Made by a program: the position numbers and the translations under genes
Part shown: positions 43,551 to 53,665 of the stretch, piece after piece
Position numbering within the stretch: position 1 is the stretch's first letter
Layout of the letters: every line of letters begins with the position of its first letter
Notes under the pieces: generated by a model
Told to the model about the DNA's origin: nothing
Seen by the model: the letters and a program-made list of their open reading frames with translations, nothing else
The model's database searches: none
Assembly (NCBI GenBank): GCA_050014195.1
Contig: JBEKDT010000004.1
Coordinates: 64,001-128,000, forward strand
Direction: 5' to 3'
DNA length: 64,000 nucleotides
Origin: Desulfomonilia bacterium
GTDB lineage: Bacteria > Desulfobacterota > Desulfomonilia > UBA1062

Positions 43551-45242
43551 ATGTTTCTACCCACTACCCAGGAAGAAATGAAGACCCTTGGCTGGGATGC
43601 GCTCGATGTCATCCTGGTTACCGGGGATGCCTACATCGACAGCCCCCATATCGGGGCGGCGGTGGTGGGCAAGGCCCTGCTGAAGGCGGGATACCGTATA
43701 GGCATCATATCCCAGCCTGACACTGGGTCATCAACCGATATCATGAGACTCGGCGAGCCGGAGCTGTTCTGGGGCATTACCGGGGGCAGCATCGACTCCA
43801 TGGTGGCCAATTACACCCCTCTCAAGAAAAGACGCAAATCGGATGACTACACCCCGGGCGGTTTAAATTCAAAAAGGCCGGACAGGGCTGTTATCATATA
43901 TGCAAATCTCATCAGGCAATACTTCAAAGAAAAGAAACCCCTCGTGCTCGGCGGCCTTGAGGCGAGCCTGCGGCGCATAGCGCACTACGACTTCTGGTCG
44001 GATAGTATAAGGCGCTCCATCCTCTTCGATGCAAAGGCCGACATCCTGGCCTATGGTATGGGAGAATACACGGCCGTAGAGCTTGCCCGAAGATTGGGCT
44101 CTGGCAAAGATATTCATGATATGAGGGGCATCTGCTACATCAGAAAGGATAAGCCCCAAGAATTTATTGAGCTGCCCTCTTATGAAGAGGTTGCTACTGA
44201 TATGGGCTCCTTCACGGCAATGTTCCACACATTTTACCGGAATAACGATCCTCTTACAGGTAAAGCCCTCTGCCAAAGGCACGGCGATCGCTACCTGGTG
44301 CACAACCCGCCATGGCCCGTTCTCACCGAGCAGGAGTTGGATGCCGTCTATGAGCTCGATTTCGAGCATGAGGTTCACCCGCATGAACTTGCCCAGGGAG
44401 ATGTCAAGGCCATTGAAACCATACGTTTCTCTCTGAGAACCCACCGGGGCTGCATGGGACAGTGCAACTTCTGCTCCATTTCCGTCCATGAGGGATCGAG
44501 AGTGGTCTCCCGCAGCGAGGCATCCATCCTGAAAGAGGCCGAGAAAATCATCTCCCATCCGCAGTTCAAGGGGTATATCCAGGATATAGGCGGCCCCACA
44601 GCGAATATGTATGGATTTACGTGCACCAGGAAAGGCCGACAAAGCGCTTGCCATGAACGGGGGTGCCTCTACCCTGAGATCTGTCCCCATCTGGATGTCA
44701 GTCACAAGCGACAGACCGCGCTCCTCAAAAGACTGCGATCCATCCCAGGCATCAAGAAGGCCTTTGTGGCCTCGGGTATCAGGCACGACCTCGTATGCGC
44801 GGACAGTAGATATGGTGATGCTTATCTGGAAGAGCTTGTGGAGCATCATGTCTCGGGTCAGGTGAAACTGGCCCCTGAACATTCAGAACCAGGCGTGCTC
44901 GCTCGGATGGGCAAGACCGGTATTGCCTCACTCATGGAATTCCGGGGGCGCTTTTTTGCACTCTCAAAGGAAAGTCACAAGAAGCAGTTCCTCACCTACT
45001 ATTTCCTTGCTGCCCATCCCGGATGTACAGAATGCGATATGAACAGGCTCAATGCCTTCATCAATAAGAACCTGAAGCTTAATCCGGAACAGGTGCAGAT
45101 CTTCACACCCACACCATCCACATACTCCACCCTCATGTACTACACCTGTACAGACCCGTTCACGGGTGAGAGAATATTTGTTGAAAAAGACCCAATGCGC
45201 AAGAAGAAGCAGAAGGGCATCCTGATCGGACAAAAGAGGTAG
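43551..45242 (+). CDS. YgiQ family radical SAM protein
   Basis: MFLPTT..EM..LGW, DAYIDSP, RGCxGxCxFC, GGPTANMY, LAPEH. Confidence 0.92.
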   Translation: MFLPTTQEEMKTLGWDALDVILVTGDAYIDSPHIGAAVVGKALLKAGYRIGIISQPDTGSSTDIMRLGEPELFWGITGGSIDSMVANYTPLKKRRKSDDYTPGGLNSKRPDRAVIIYANLIRQYFKEKKPLVLGGLEASLRRIAHYDFWSDSIRRSILFDAKADILAYGMGEYTAVELARRLGSGKDIHDMRGICYIRKDKPQEFIELPSYEEVATDMGSFTAMFHTFYRNNDPLTGKALCQRHGDRYLVHNPPWPVLTEQELDAVYELDFEHEVHPHELAQGDVKAIETIRFSLRTHRGCMGQCNFCSISVHEGSRVVSRSEASILKEAEKIISHPQFKGYIQDIGGPTANMYGFTCTRKGRQSACHERGCLYPEICPHLDVSHKRQTALLKRLRSIPGIKKAFVASGIRHDLVCADSRYGDAYLEELVEHHVSGQVKLAPEHSEPGVLARMGKTGIASLMEFRGRFFALSKESHKKQFLTYYFLAAHPGCTECDMNRLNAFINKNLKLNPEQVQIFTPTPSTYSTLMYYTCTDPFTGERIFVEKDPMRKKKQKGILIGQKR

Positions 45243-45250
45243 ACCATATT

Positions 45251-45595
45251 ATGAAGAGAGCGGGTATTCCCATAGATCGGCAGATGCCGCCTGAGCAGGA
45301 AGAGAAGAAGAGCAAGACCAGGCTCAAAAAGGAGATGATCGAACTGCAGAAACTCGGGGAGCAGCTTATTGATCTCCCGAATTCATACTTAAAAAAGATC
45401 GGCCTGTTTCAAGAACTCCTGGAGGCCGTACTCTATGCCAAAGAAGTCCGTACCCATGGGGCTAGGCGTAGGCAGAAGCAACGCATCGGCGTGCTCATGC
45501 GGGAGGCGGACCCTGTTCACATCAAAAAAATGCTTGATGAATTTGGGCAGACGAGGCAGACCCATGCGCCTCTAACGACTGAATATGATGATTGA
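45251..45595 (+). CDS. YjgA/DarP-like ribosome-associated protein (short form)
   Basis: KSKTRLKKEM.ELQKLGEQL, ARRRQ.QRIG.LMR. Confidence 0.8.
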   Translation: MKRAGIPIDRQMPPEQEEKKSKTRLKKEMIELQKLGEQLIDLPNSYLKKIGLFQELLEAVLYAKEVRTHGARRRQKQRIGVLMREADPVHIKKMLDEFGQTRQTHAPLTTEYDD

Positions 45596-45626
45596 TATCA
45601 ACAATGGATACAAAAAGGAGGTAGTC

Positions 45627-45917
45627 ATGAAAAAAATGCTTCTGAAGGCATTCTCACACATGTTTGTTCTCTTTGCCTGCCTCTGCGTCCTTGTATTTGC
45701 AGGTTGTGAGGGCAGTGACGCAAAGAAAAAAATCACAGATACTGTCCATACGTTGGTGGGTAGTGAGGTGGTCAAAAAGGGTGAAGATATGAAGAAGCAA
45801 GCCGACCAGGCCATGAAGGAAGAGGCCAAACGCCTGATTAAGATGGATAATGAAAATAAAGGCGAGGGAACCGATGAAGGTTCAGGCCCTCAGAACGAAA
45901 AAGAATCCGACAAGTAA
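45627..45917 (+). CDS. Putative lipoprotein
   Basis: GGAGG SD; hydrophobic signal with FAGC lipobox. Confidence 0.7.
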   Translation: MKKMLLKAFSHMFVLFACLCVLVFAGCEGSDAKKKITDTVHTLVGSEVVKKGEDMKKQADQAMKEEAKRLIKMDNENKGEGTDEGSGPQNEKESDK

Positions 45918-45929
45918 GGAGGTTTCCCC

Positions 45930-46721
45930 ATGTCTATATCCGGCAAGGTGGTCTGGATCACCGGTTCATCCTCGGGAATCGGGGAGGCCCTGGCGTATGC
46001 CTTCGCCAAGGAGGGCGCTCACCTCATCCTCTCATCACGCAACGCTTCTCAGTTGACTGAGGTGAAGAACCGGTGTCCATACCCGGAGCGGCACCTTGTG
46101 CTGCCGCTCGACCTCGAGGATTCCTCAACCTTTTCCGTCGATGTCCGATCCGTTCTTGATAAATTCGGCCGCATAGATATTCTCATCAACAATGGTGGTA
46201 TCTCTCAGCGGAGCCTTGCCGCCCGGACGAGCCTCGAGACCGACCGGAGGATCATGGAGACCAACTTCTTCGGTACGGTGGCATTGACCAAGACGGTCCT
46301 GCCGTCGATGATCGAACGGGGTTCCGGCCATATAGTGGTCATCAGCAGTCTGATGGGCAAATTCGGCACGCCCTTGCGCTCGACGTATTCCGCATCAAAG
46401 CATGCGCTGCACGGCTTCTTTGACTCGCTGCGCGCCGAAGTTCGCTCGCAGGGCATCAGGGTCACCCTTGTCTGCCCGGGCTTTATCCGGACAAATATAT
46501 CCATAAACGCCCTGTGTGCAGACGGGTCATGCCACGGGTCCATGGACGATGCCCAGGCCGCCGGTTTGCCGCCCGGTGTCTGCGCTGCAAGGATTGTCCA
46601 GGCGGTTGCCAAGGGCAAGGAAGAGGTGTTCATCGGGGGGAAAGAAGTCATGGGCGTGTATCTCAAGCGATTCTTCCCCGGCATCTTTAGCCATTTTATT
46701 GCAAAGGCAAAGGTCACCTGA
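45930..46721 (+). CDS. SDR oxidoreductase
   Basis: TGSSSGIG, NNGG, YSASK. Confidence 0.92.
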   Translation: MSISGKVVWITGSSSGIGEALAYAFAKEGAHLILSSRNASQLTEVKNRCPYPERHLVLPLDLEDSSTFSVDVRSVLDKFGRIDILINNGGISQRSLAARTSLETDRRIMETNFFGTVALTKTVLPSMIERGSGHIVVISSLMGKFGTPLRSTYSASKHALHGFFDSLRAEVRSQGIRVTLVCPGFIRTNISINALCADGSCHGSMDDAQAAGLPPGVCAARIVQAVAKGKEEVFIGGKEVMGVYLKRFFPGIFSHFIAKAKVT

Positions 46722-46744
46722 AAAACTCTTAAGGAGAAGCCCCC

Positions 46745-46939
46745 ATGTCAGTGAACCTGCTTTTGCTGGGTACAGCCGGTGTTGAGCTAAGCTGTGATGG
46801 GCGGGTAATTCTCATAGATCCCTACCTTTCCAGACCCTGCAAAAAGGATATCTTATTGAATGCACTCATACCAAAAAGAGATATCGTGGAGGTTGTGTAT
46901 TTTCCCGAAATGCAGCCATGGAGGAGGAAAAGGTCATGA
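46745..46939 (+). pseudogene. N-terminal fragment of an MBL-fold hydrolase
   Basis: LLGTAGVEL..DGRVILIDPYLSR is a typical MBL start; the ORF ends before any HxHxDH motif. Confidence 0.55.
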
Positions 46940-47706
46940 ATGTGATCATCGAGAAAAGTAACCGCATTACCACTATCATCATCAACCGGCCTGATGTGCG
47001 CAATGCCGTGGACGGCCCCACCGCTGGCGAGCTGGCAAATGTCTTCAGTGCCTTTGATGCGGATGAGACTTCAGATGTGGCTGTTCTTTCAGGTGCAGGC
47101 GGGCACTTCTGTGCAGGCGCGGATCTGAAGGCCATCAGCTCCGGTATGCATGCAAATCGCCTTGATGAGACAGGAAATGCCCCCATGGGCCCATCGAGGA
47201 TGTTGTTAAGCAAGCCGGTGATCGCTGCTGTGGCGGGCTATGCAGTTGCCGGCGGGCTTGAGCTTGCCCTGTTCTGCGACATGAGGGTCGTTGAGAGGAG
47301 CGCCGTATTCGGCGTATTCTGCAGGAGGTGGGGCGTACCTCTGATCGACGGCGGTACCATCAGGCTACCCGGACTCATCGGTCTCAGCAGGGCACTGGAT
47401 CTCATCCTCACCGGCAGGGCTGTCCATGCGGAGGAGGCGTATGCCTTTGGCCTGGCCAACAGGGTCGTGGATGACGGGACAGCCTTACAAGAGGCGATTA
47501 AGCTTGCATCCGCCTTAGCCCGATTCCCCCAAGGTTGCCTCCGCCATGACCGTTTGAGTGCATATGAGCAGTTCGATCTTGACCGTGAACAGGCCTTTCT
47601 CAATGAGTTCCGGCACGGCATGGAATCCATAAAGGCCAATGAAACCCTTGATGGAGCCAGAAGATTCGCCGGAGGCAAAGGGAGGCACGGGGCCTTCGAA
47701 GAATAA
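46936..47706 (+). CDS. Enoyl-CoA hydratase/crotonase family protein
   Basis: INRPDVRNA, FCAGADL, KPVIAAV.GYAVAGGLELAL, RRWGVPLIDGG. Confidence 0.92.
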   Translation: MNVIIEKSNRITTIIINRPDVRNAVDGPTAGELANVFSAFDADETSDVAVLSGAGGHFCAGADLKAISSGMHANRLDETGNAPMGPSRMLLSKPVIAAVAGYAVAGGLELALFCDMRVVERSAVFGVFCRRWGVPLIDGGTIRLPGLIGLSRALDLILTGRAVHAEEAYAFGLANRVVDDGTALQEAIKLASALARFPQGCLRHDRLSAYEQFDLDREQAFLNEFRHGMESIKANETLDGARRFAGGKGRHGAFEE

Positions 47707-47805
47707 GCACAACGGCCTTGAAGCTTGCCGGAAAAAACTTCCCGCCCATTGTCATATTCTGCCTTTGTTGTGACGATATAATAGACCAGGGCACACCCAA
47801 GGAGA

Positions 47806-48600
47806 ATGACAATGAAAAAGTATGCATTTTATCTGTCAGCACTCGCCTGGATCATCCTCTCTGCGTGCGGGGGCGGAGGGGGCGGAGGTGGCGGCGGTGG
47901 CGGCGGGACGAACGACGGCAGTTCTCAGGCAATCTATTCCTCGGACTATATGACCTATGATCCGAGTAAAACCTATACCTTTCAGGAGATAGAGGCTGAT
48001 TCATCCGGAAGCACGACAACCACAATGATTTACAGCTATGCAACGGTAGATTCGATTCCCAGCAAATACGGATATTCCGGCACAATTGCAGGACCATATA
48101 CCCTGGAGACCATTAGTCCTGTAGGGAAGAATCAAACGTTTATCTACATGAGCTCCGGGGAGACCATCATCAGTGATGACTCATCTTTCTTCACCAGTTT
48201 CGCTCACTCCACCTTTACGGGCGGCAGCCTCCCGCCTGATATGGTCATGAACAAGGAATACTCTTTTTCCAGCACAGAGGATCTCTTCATCTCTGATTCA
48301 AGCCTAGGGACAGTTGGTACAAAGGTAGGCACCAAGACATCCGAGTGGTCCATTACGGTTATCGGAGTGGAGAACGTAACGGTCCCTGCCGGCACCTATG
48401 AGGCATTAAAGACCGAAGACTCCTCTACCGTCATCTATACCATCGATAGTGTCGCGACCCAGACCACAGCATCTTCAGGGAACACATGGTTCGGCAAAGG
48501 CATAGGGACCGTGAAGAAAGTCTCCAATAATACATCTACCTACTCCGACAACACCACGACCACCAGCACGGTCACGGACGAACTGACAACAATAAATTAG
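47806..48600 (+). CDS. Ser/Thr-rich lipoprotein with poly-Gly linker
   Basis: LSAC lipobox then a poly-Gly run; ENVTVPAGTY...WFGKGIGTVK beta motif. Confidence 0.75.
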   Translation: MTMKKYAFYLSALAWIILSACGGGGGGGGGGGGGTNDGSSQAIYSSDYMTYDPSKTYTFQEIEADSSGSTTTTMIYSYATVDSIPSKYGYSGTIAGPYTLETISPVGKNQTFIYMSSGETIISDDSSFFTSFAHSTFTGGSLPPDMVMNKEYSFSSTEDLFISDSSLGTVGTKVGTKTSEWSITVIGVENVTVPAGTYEALKTEDSSTVIYTIDSVATQTTASSGNTWFGKGIGTVKKVSNNTSTYSDNTTTTSTVTDELTTIN

Positions 48601-48651
48601 TGACGTGCAACAAGGCCGATTGCTGGATTTCGCTCAATATCCACACACTCT

Positions 48652-48680
48652 AAAAAGGGCAGGCATGAGTCCTGCCCCTC
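48652..48680. terminator. Hairpin between convergent genes
   Basis: aaaaagggcagg-catgagt-cctgccc. Confidence 0.55.
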
Positions 48681-48689
48681 TAATCATTT

Positions 48690-48820
48690 GTCCGGGTTCG
48701 CTGTCGCTCAGCCCGATCTACAATCACGGCTAAAGCGGCTCCTACAACATATTATTGAGATGTAGGAGCGCCTTCAGGCGCGACCCATTTTTGGATGTCG
48801 CGGCTAAAGCCGCTCCTACA
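48690..48820. repeat. Cluster of GTAG-type REP elements (two families)
   Basis: ccgggttcgctgtcgctcagcccgatctaca; tcacggctaaagcggctcctaca; tgtaggagcgccttcaggcgcga...tcgcggctaaagccgctcctaca. Confidence 0.8.
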
Positions 48821-48842
48821 ATTATCGGGTACAGACCCCCAT

Positions 48843-49742
48843 TCACTGGTCACTGGTCACTCTGTTATTTATCTCCTGGCTCATCACCACTCCAACGATC
48901 ACCAGCGCAGATGCTAAATATTGGACCGTGGTAAAGCGCTCTCCCAGAAAAATCCAGCCGAAGATCACCGTGAGAACCGGTATGAGGTTTACGAACGCCG
49001 ATGCCTGGCTTGCAGGCACCTTGCTTACCGCGTAGTTATACAGGCCGTAGGCCCCCAAGGTGACAAAGACGCCGAGATAGACGATGCTGAAGGCCGGAAC
49101 GGCCTCAAAGCGGACCGGCAGGGCCGTTGTGGGGAGAAAGAGAAAAGGCAGGAAGAAGATGCTCCCGGCAAAGGCCTGGAGTGCGGTGAGAAAGAAAGGA
49201 TCGTATCGGGCGGTGAGCCGCTTGAGGGATATTGTGTAGCCTGTTGCAAAGACCATGGCCAGAAATTCATAAAAATTGCCCAGCACCGGGTTCGGTGCAG
49301 AGTCATTCGATTGGGCGGCCATGCTCAACAGACATACGCCGAGAATGGCTGTGAGAAAACCAAGGATCGTCTTTATGGTTATAGATTCTTTGAGGTAGAT
49401 GCCGGCCGTAATGGCCACCATGAGAGGGAGCATGGCCGTGATCATGCCTGCCTGGGAGGCCGTGGTGTTCTTAAGGGCGGCAGCCTCAAACAGGAAATAG
49501 AGGCACGGCTCGCAGGCGAGCATGAAGCCCAGTACCGCAATATCCTGTCTTCTGAAATGGGCCCGTTTAAAGGCGCCTGCAAAGGGTATTATACAGATGC
49601 TTGCCGTGATCATCCTGCCGAAGATGACAACCATGGGGTTATAGGCCGCAAAGGCCAGCTTCAGGGCAATGAACGAGCTCGCCCACAGTATCATTGCACC
49701 GAGCAGGCAGAATATGGGACCGAAAAGGTTTCTTCGCTGCAT
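48843..49742 (-). CDS. DMT/EamA family transporter
   Basis: ~10 TM; ILWASSFIALK, ASQAGMI, NLIPV...FLGE; start uncertain. Confidence 0.88.
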   Translation of the reverse strand: MQRRNLFGPIFCLLGAMILWASSFIALKLAFAAYNPMVVIFGRMITASICIIPFAGAFKRAHFRRQDIAVLGFMLACEPCLYFLFEAAALKNTTASQAGMITAMLPLMVAITAGIYLKESITIKTILGFLTAILGVCLLSMAAQSNDSAPNPVLGNFYEFLAMVFATGYTISLKRLTARYDPFFLTALQAFAGSIFFLPFLFLPTTALPVRFEAVPAFSIVYLGVFVTLGAYGLYNYAVSKVPASQASAFVNLIPVLTVIFGWIFLGERFTTVQYLASALVIVGVVMSQEINNRVTSDQ

Positions 49743-49921
49743 TGGTATTCCCCGACCTTTTGGCTGTCTATTCATGATCAGCCCTTTTGACATACCATGA
49801 GCATGATGTGCTGAGAAATATAATCTTCTTTGCATGATTCCGTTGCGACATACCGGCAACCCATTGTATACAAATAGACGGACACTAAGGTATGTATCTT
49901 ATCCGAGAAGGGTGAATTATC

Positions 49922-50404
49922 ATGAAATTTTGTCCGCAATGCGGCCAAGGCCTTATCAATAAAGTGATTGAGGGAAAAGGGAGACTTGCCTGCTCATCTC
50001 CCACATGTCAATTTGTATTCTGGGATAATCCCATTCCCGTAGTGGCCGCCATAGTGGAGCTTGACAACAGCATTGTCCTGGCGAGGAACAGGCTCTGGCC
50101 TGAAAAGATGTTCGGCCTGGTCACAGGATTCCTCGAACAGGGCGAGTCGCCTGAAACCGCAGTACTGCGTGAGGTGAAGGAGGAGCTCGACTTGGAAGGA
50201 ACCGTGGCCGAATTCATCGGCTGCTACAGCTTCTTCGAGAAAAACCAGCTCATCCTTGCCTACCATGTCAGTGCACACGGCACAGTGACTCTGGGCGAAG
50301 AGCTTGCAGAGGTGAGGTACGTGAACCCGGAGCGTCTCAAGCCCTGGCCCTTCGGCACCGGGTATGCGGTGAGAGATTGGCTGGAGAAGAGAAAAACAAA
50401 GTAG
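49922..50404 (+). CDS. NUDIX hydrolase with zinc ribbon
   Basis: MKFCPQCG; GFLEQGESPETAVLREVKEELDL. Confidence 0.92.
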   Translation: MKFCPQCGQGLINKVIEGKGRLACSSPTCQFVFWDNPIPVVAAIVELDNSIVLARNRLWPEKMFGLVTGFLEQGESPETAVLREVKEELDLEGTVAEFIGCYSFFEKNQLILAYHVSAHGTVTLGEELAEVRYVNPERLKPWPFGTGYAVRDWLEKRKTK

Positions 50405-50457
50405 CCAAACAGCCAAGTCTGTAGGGATACCATTATTACAATACCAAGGAGTTGAAT

Positions 50458-51048
50458 ATGGAAAGGAGAGTGTTTGGTCTTATGATGATCTTGTTCAGTC
50501 TGCTCAGTGTAAACGTGCATGCCGCACAGAACCCGAAGGTGGTCCTGGAGACAAGTATGGGGGACATCACCCTTGAGCTCTACCCCGACAAGGCACCTGC
50601 AACAGTCAAAAATTTCCTTACCTATGCGGATGAGAAGTTCTATGACGGAACCGTCTTCCACAGGGTTATCAGCGGTTTCATGATTCAGGGTGGAGGGATG
50701 ACCTCCGATATGAATGAAAAGCCCACCCACAGCCCGATCCTTAATGAGGCGGACAACGGATTGAAGAACGACCGAGGTACCATTGCCATGGCACGCACGA
50801 ATGATCCTAATTCCGCCACAGCCCAGTTCTTTATCAATGCAAAGGACAACACGTTCCTGAACTTCAGGAGCAAGACGATTGAAGGATATGGCTACTGCGT
50901 CTTCGGGAAGGTGACCAAGGGCCTCGACGTGGTGGATGCAATTGAAAAGACCCCCACGACAACGAAGGGGTTCTTTCAGGATGTCCCGGCCAAGCCCGTG
51001 ATCATCAAAAAGGCCTACCGGCTGAAAGAGAAAAAAGCGGCTTCCTGA
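50458..51048 (+). CDS. Periplasmic cyclophilin-type PPIase
   Basis: Signal peptide; [26 protein letters not shown]. Confidence 0.95.
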   Translation: MERRVFGLMMILFSLLSVNVHAAQNPKVVLETSMGDITLELYPDKAPATVKNFLTYADEKFYDGTVFHRVISGFMIQGGGMTSDMNEKPTHSPILNEADNGLKNDRGTIAMARTNDPNSATAQFFINAKDNTFLNFRSKTIEGYGYCVFGKVTKGLDVVDAIEKTPTTTKGFFQDVPAKPVIIKKAYRLKEKKAAS

Positions 51049-51086
51049 TGACGCTTGGCTCAATGGGCAGAAACTATTAAAATGCC

Positions 51087-52388
51087 ATGAGAGAAGCACC
51101 CATGGAACAGGGCTCCAGAAAATCAGTCCTTGCATGGGCCATGTACGACTGGGCGAATTCCGCCTTTGCCACGACGGTCATGGCAGGTTTCTTCCCCATA
51201 TTCTTCAAGCAGTTCTGGAGCTTTGGAACGGACACCTCCTTGAGCACGGCCCGGCTGGGCCTTGCAAACTCTCTGGCAGGCGTGTTGGTGGCTCTTGCCG
51301 CCCCTTTCCTGGGCGCTATTGCGGACAGGAGCGCTGCCAAAAAGAAATTTCTTTTTTCATTTGCATCAATCGGAGTTGCCGCGACATTGAGCCTCTCCTT
51401 TGTGGCCAAAGGGCACTGGGCGGCTGCAACAATGCTCTATGCCTTTGCCTTGATGGGCTTTTCAGGCGGCAATGTCTTCTATGACGCCCTTCTCAAAACC
51501 GTCTCTGAAGATAACAAGATGGATTACGTCTCAACCCTCGGCTATGCCCTGGGCTATCTGGGAGGAGGACTGCTCTTTGCACTGAATGTGCTGATGGTCA
51601 TCAAGCCATCTCTATTCGGCCTGGGCAATGCGTCCGAGGCTGTGAAACTCTCGTTTATCACCGTGGGCATCTGGTGGGCCGTGTTTAGTATACCACTTGC
51701 CGTTTTTGTATATGAAACACGCACCAGGGGCAAAGAACGCACCTCTCGGATGGTGTCCCAGGGCTTTCATGAGCTCAGCCGGACCTTTGCCGAGGTGAGG
51801 CATCTGAAGGCCATCACCCTATTTCTGTTTGCCTATTGGTTCTATATAGACGGCGTAGACACGATAATCGTGATGGCGGTAGATTACGGTCTCTCTCTGG
51901 GCTTCCACAAGGAAGACCTGATCGCGGCGCTGCTGCTCGTCCAGTTTGTCGGCTTCCCCTTTGCCATAGCCTTCGGCCGTATTGCAAACTACATGGGCAC
52001 AAAGCGATCGATCCTCCTGGGCATCTGCGTCTATCTGTTCGTATCCATCTGGGGTGCATTCATCCGGAACCGGGCAGAATTCTACATTATGGCCGTGCTC
52101 ATCGGCATGGTCCAGGGGGGAGTCCAGGCCCTGTCGCGCTCATTCTATGCCAGGTTGATTCCCAGGGACAAGGCCGCCCAGTATTTCGGGTTTTTAAACC
52201 TGCTCGGCAAATTCGCCACTATCGTGGGACCGGTGCTCATCGGATCGACCGTACTGATAGCCCGCACCTTGGGCGCAAACCCTCATTTGGCCTCCAGGAT
52301 AAGCATCTCATCCGTGGCCGTGCTCTTCATATCAGGAGGCATACTTCTCTGGTGCGTGGATGAGAAGAAGGGGAAGCAGGAGACTTAA
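51087..52388 (+). CDS. MFS transporter (UMF1/Atg22-like)
   Basis: WAMYDWANSAF, NVFYDALL, GYALGYLGG, QALSRS. Confidence 0.9.
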   Translation: MREAPMEQGSRKSVLAWAMYDWANSAFATTVMAGFFPIFFKQFWSFGTDTSLSTARLGLANSLAGVLVALAAPFLGAIADRSAAKKKFLFSFASIGVAATLSLSFVAKGHWAAATMLYAFALMGFSGGNVFYDALLKTVSEDNKMDYVSTLGYALGYLGGGLLFALNVLMVIKPSLFGLGNASEAVKLSFITVGIWWAVFSIPLAVFVYETRTRGKERTSRMVSQGFHELSRTFAEVRHLKAITLFLFAYWFYIDGVDTIIVMAVDYGLSLGFHKEDLIAALLLVQFVGFPFAIAFGRIANYMGTKRSILLGICVYLFVSIWGAFIRNRAEFYIMAVLIGMVQGGVQALSRSFYARLIPRDKAAQYFGFLNLLGKFATIVGPVLIGSTVLIARTLGANPHLASRISISSVAVLFISGGILLWCVDEKKGKQET

Positions 52389-52394
52389 ATCTTT

Positions 52395-53492
52395 TTAGAG
52401 TATCGTCCTCTTCCCGTTATATCTTTCCGTGTCATAGTACTTATCGACTTCCACGACCCTGAGCCTGTCGATGACCTCTTTCATGGGCACCGAGGTGATC
52501 TCGCCGTGGAGGTAGCTCACCATCCTTCCATAATCCTCATTCATGATCATATCCACGGCCGCGATCCCGAACCATCTTGCCATGAGCCTGTCACGGGCGG
52601 AAGGCGACCCGCCCCTCTGGAGGTGGCTCAGGTTGACATAGCGGGCCTCGAATCCGGTTCTCCTCTGGACCTCTTCGGCAATGTACGCTGCAATGCCCCC
52701 GAGTGACCTGTGTCCGAACTCATCCACCTTCTCATCCTTGTAGAACTCCCTGTCGCCTGACAGTTTGGCACCTTCCGAGACTACGACGATGCTGTACTGG
52801 ATCTCGCGGCCCCTGCGCCCCTGGAGGAGTTCGCAGACCCTCTCAATGCTGAAGGGGTACTCGGGGATCAGGATGATATAGGCGCCGCTGCACTCGCCGC
52901 CGTGCAGGGCCAGCCAACCCGCATGCCTGCCCATGGTCTCCACTACGAAGATCCTGTTGTGGGAACCTGCCGTAGTGCGAAGCCGGTCGATCTCTTCCAT
53001 GATAATGTTTACCGCCGAGTCGAACCCCAGGGAATATTCGGTACCCACAAGGTCGCCGTCGATGGTCTTGGGAATTCCGATAGTCTTGACGCCCTGCCTG
53101 TAGAGCTTGTAGGCCACACCGAGGGTATCCTCGCCTCCGACGGCAACGATTACGTCTATCCCAAGTTTTCTGATATTTTCAATCACCTTGCCGGAACGGT
53201 CTTTCTTAGGGTTGAAGGGGTTAGTCCGGGAGGTACCGAGGTTGGTCCCGCCATAGCGGTCCCATGTGCGGACAACCTCTTCATCGAGTTTTATGATGTG
53301 CTGAGCCATGCTCTCAGGGTTGTCGGGGTCGACCTCTACGAGCCCTTTCCACCCTTCCCTGACACCGAGGACATCGAACTTGATTGACCTATTCTCTTCA
53401 AGAAGCGGGTCCAAGGCTGTTTTGGTTACCCACTTGATCGCGCCGTTCAATCCCGGACAATCGCCGCCGCCGGTCAATACCGCTATTCTCAT
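52395..53492 (-). CDS. 6-phosphofructokinase (PfkA family, probably PPi-dependent)
   Basis: LTGGGDCPGLN, GGEDT, PKTIDGD, ETMGRHAGW, HLQRGG. Confidence 0.92.
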   Translation of the reverse strand: MRIAVLTGGGDCPGLNGAIKWVTKTALDPLLEENRSIKFDVLGVREGWKGLVEVDPDNPESMAQHIIKLDEEVVRTWDRYGGTNLGTSRTNPFNPKKDRSGKVIENIRKLGIDVIVAVGGEDTLGVAYKLYRQGVKTIGIPKTIDGDLVGTEYSLGFDSAVNIIMEEIDRLRTTAGSHNRIFVVETMGRHAGWLALHGGECSGAYIILIPEYPFSIERVCELLQGRRGREIQYSIVVVSEGAKLSGDREFYKDEKVDEFGHRSLGGIAAYIAEEVQRRTGFEARYVNLSHLQRGGSPSARDRLMARWFGIAAVDMIMNEDYGRMVSYLHGEITSVPMKEVIDRLRVVEVDKYYDTERYNGKRTIL

Positions 53493-53665
53493 GCTTAAGC
53501 TATCCTCCCGTCTCAGATCCGAAACCGCCTACTTCACGGATGGCCTTTTCACCATTATAATCCTAAAATACACCTCGGCAAGACGGAAGTAAAAATTGAG
53601 CATCTTTGGTGTTTGTTTGCATGAAGACTCCTATATCCTGTAAAATAAGATAAAAGGAGGGACAC

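Noticed and set aside
43869-44882. Long antisense ORFs (also 48921-49790, 50260-51135, 58493-59428)
   Set aside because: They lie opposite well-supported genes and show no motifs.
47868-47907. GGC-rich low-complexity tract
   Set aside because: It encodes the poly-Gly linker after the lipobox, a common lipoprotein feature.
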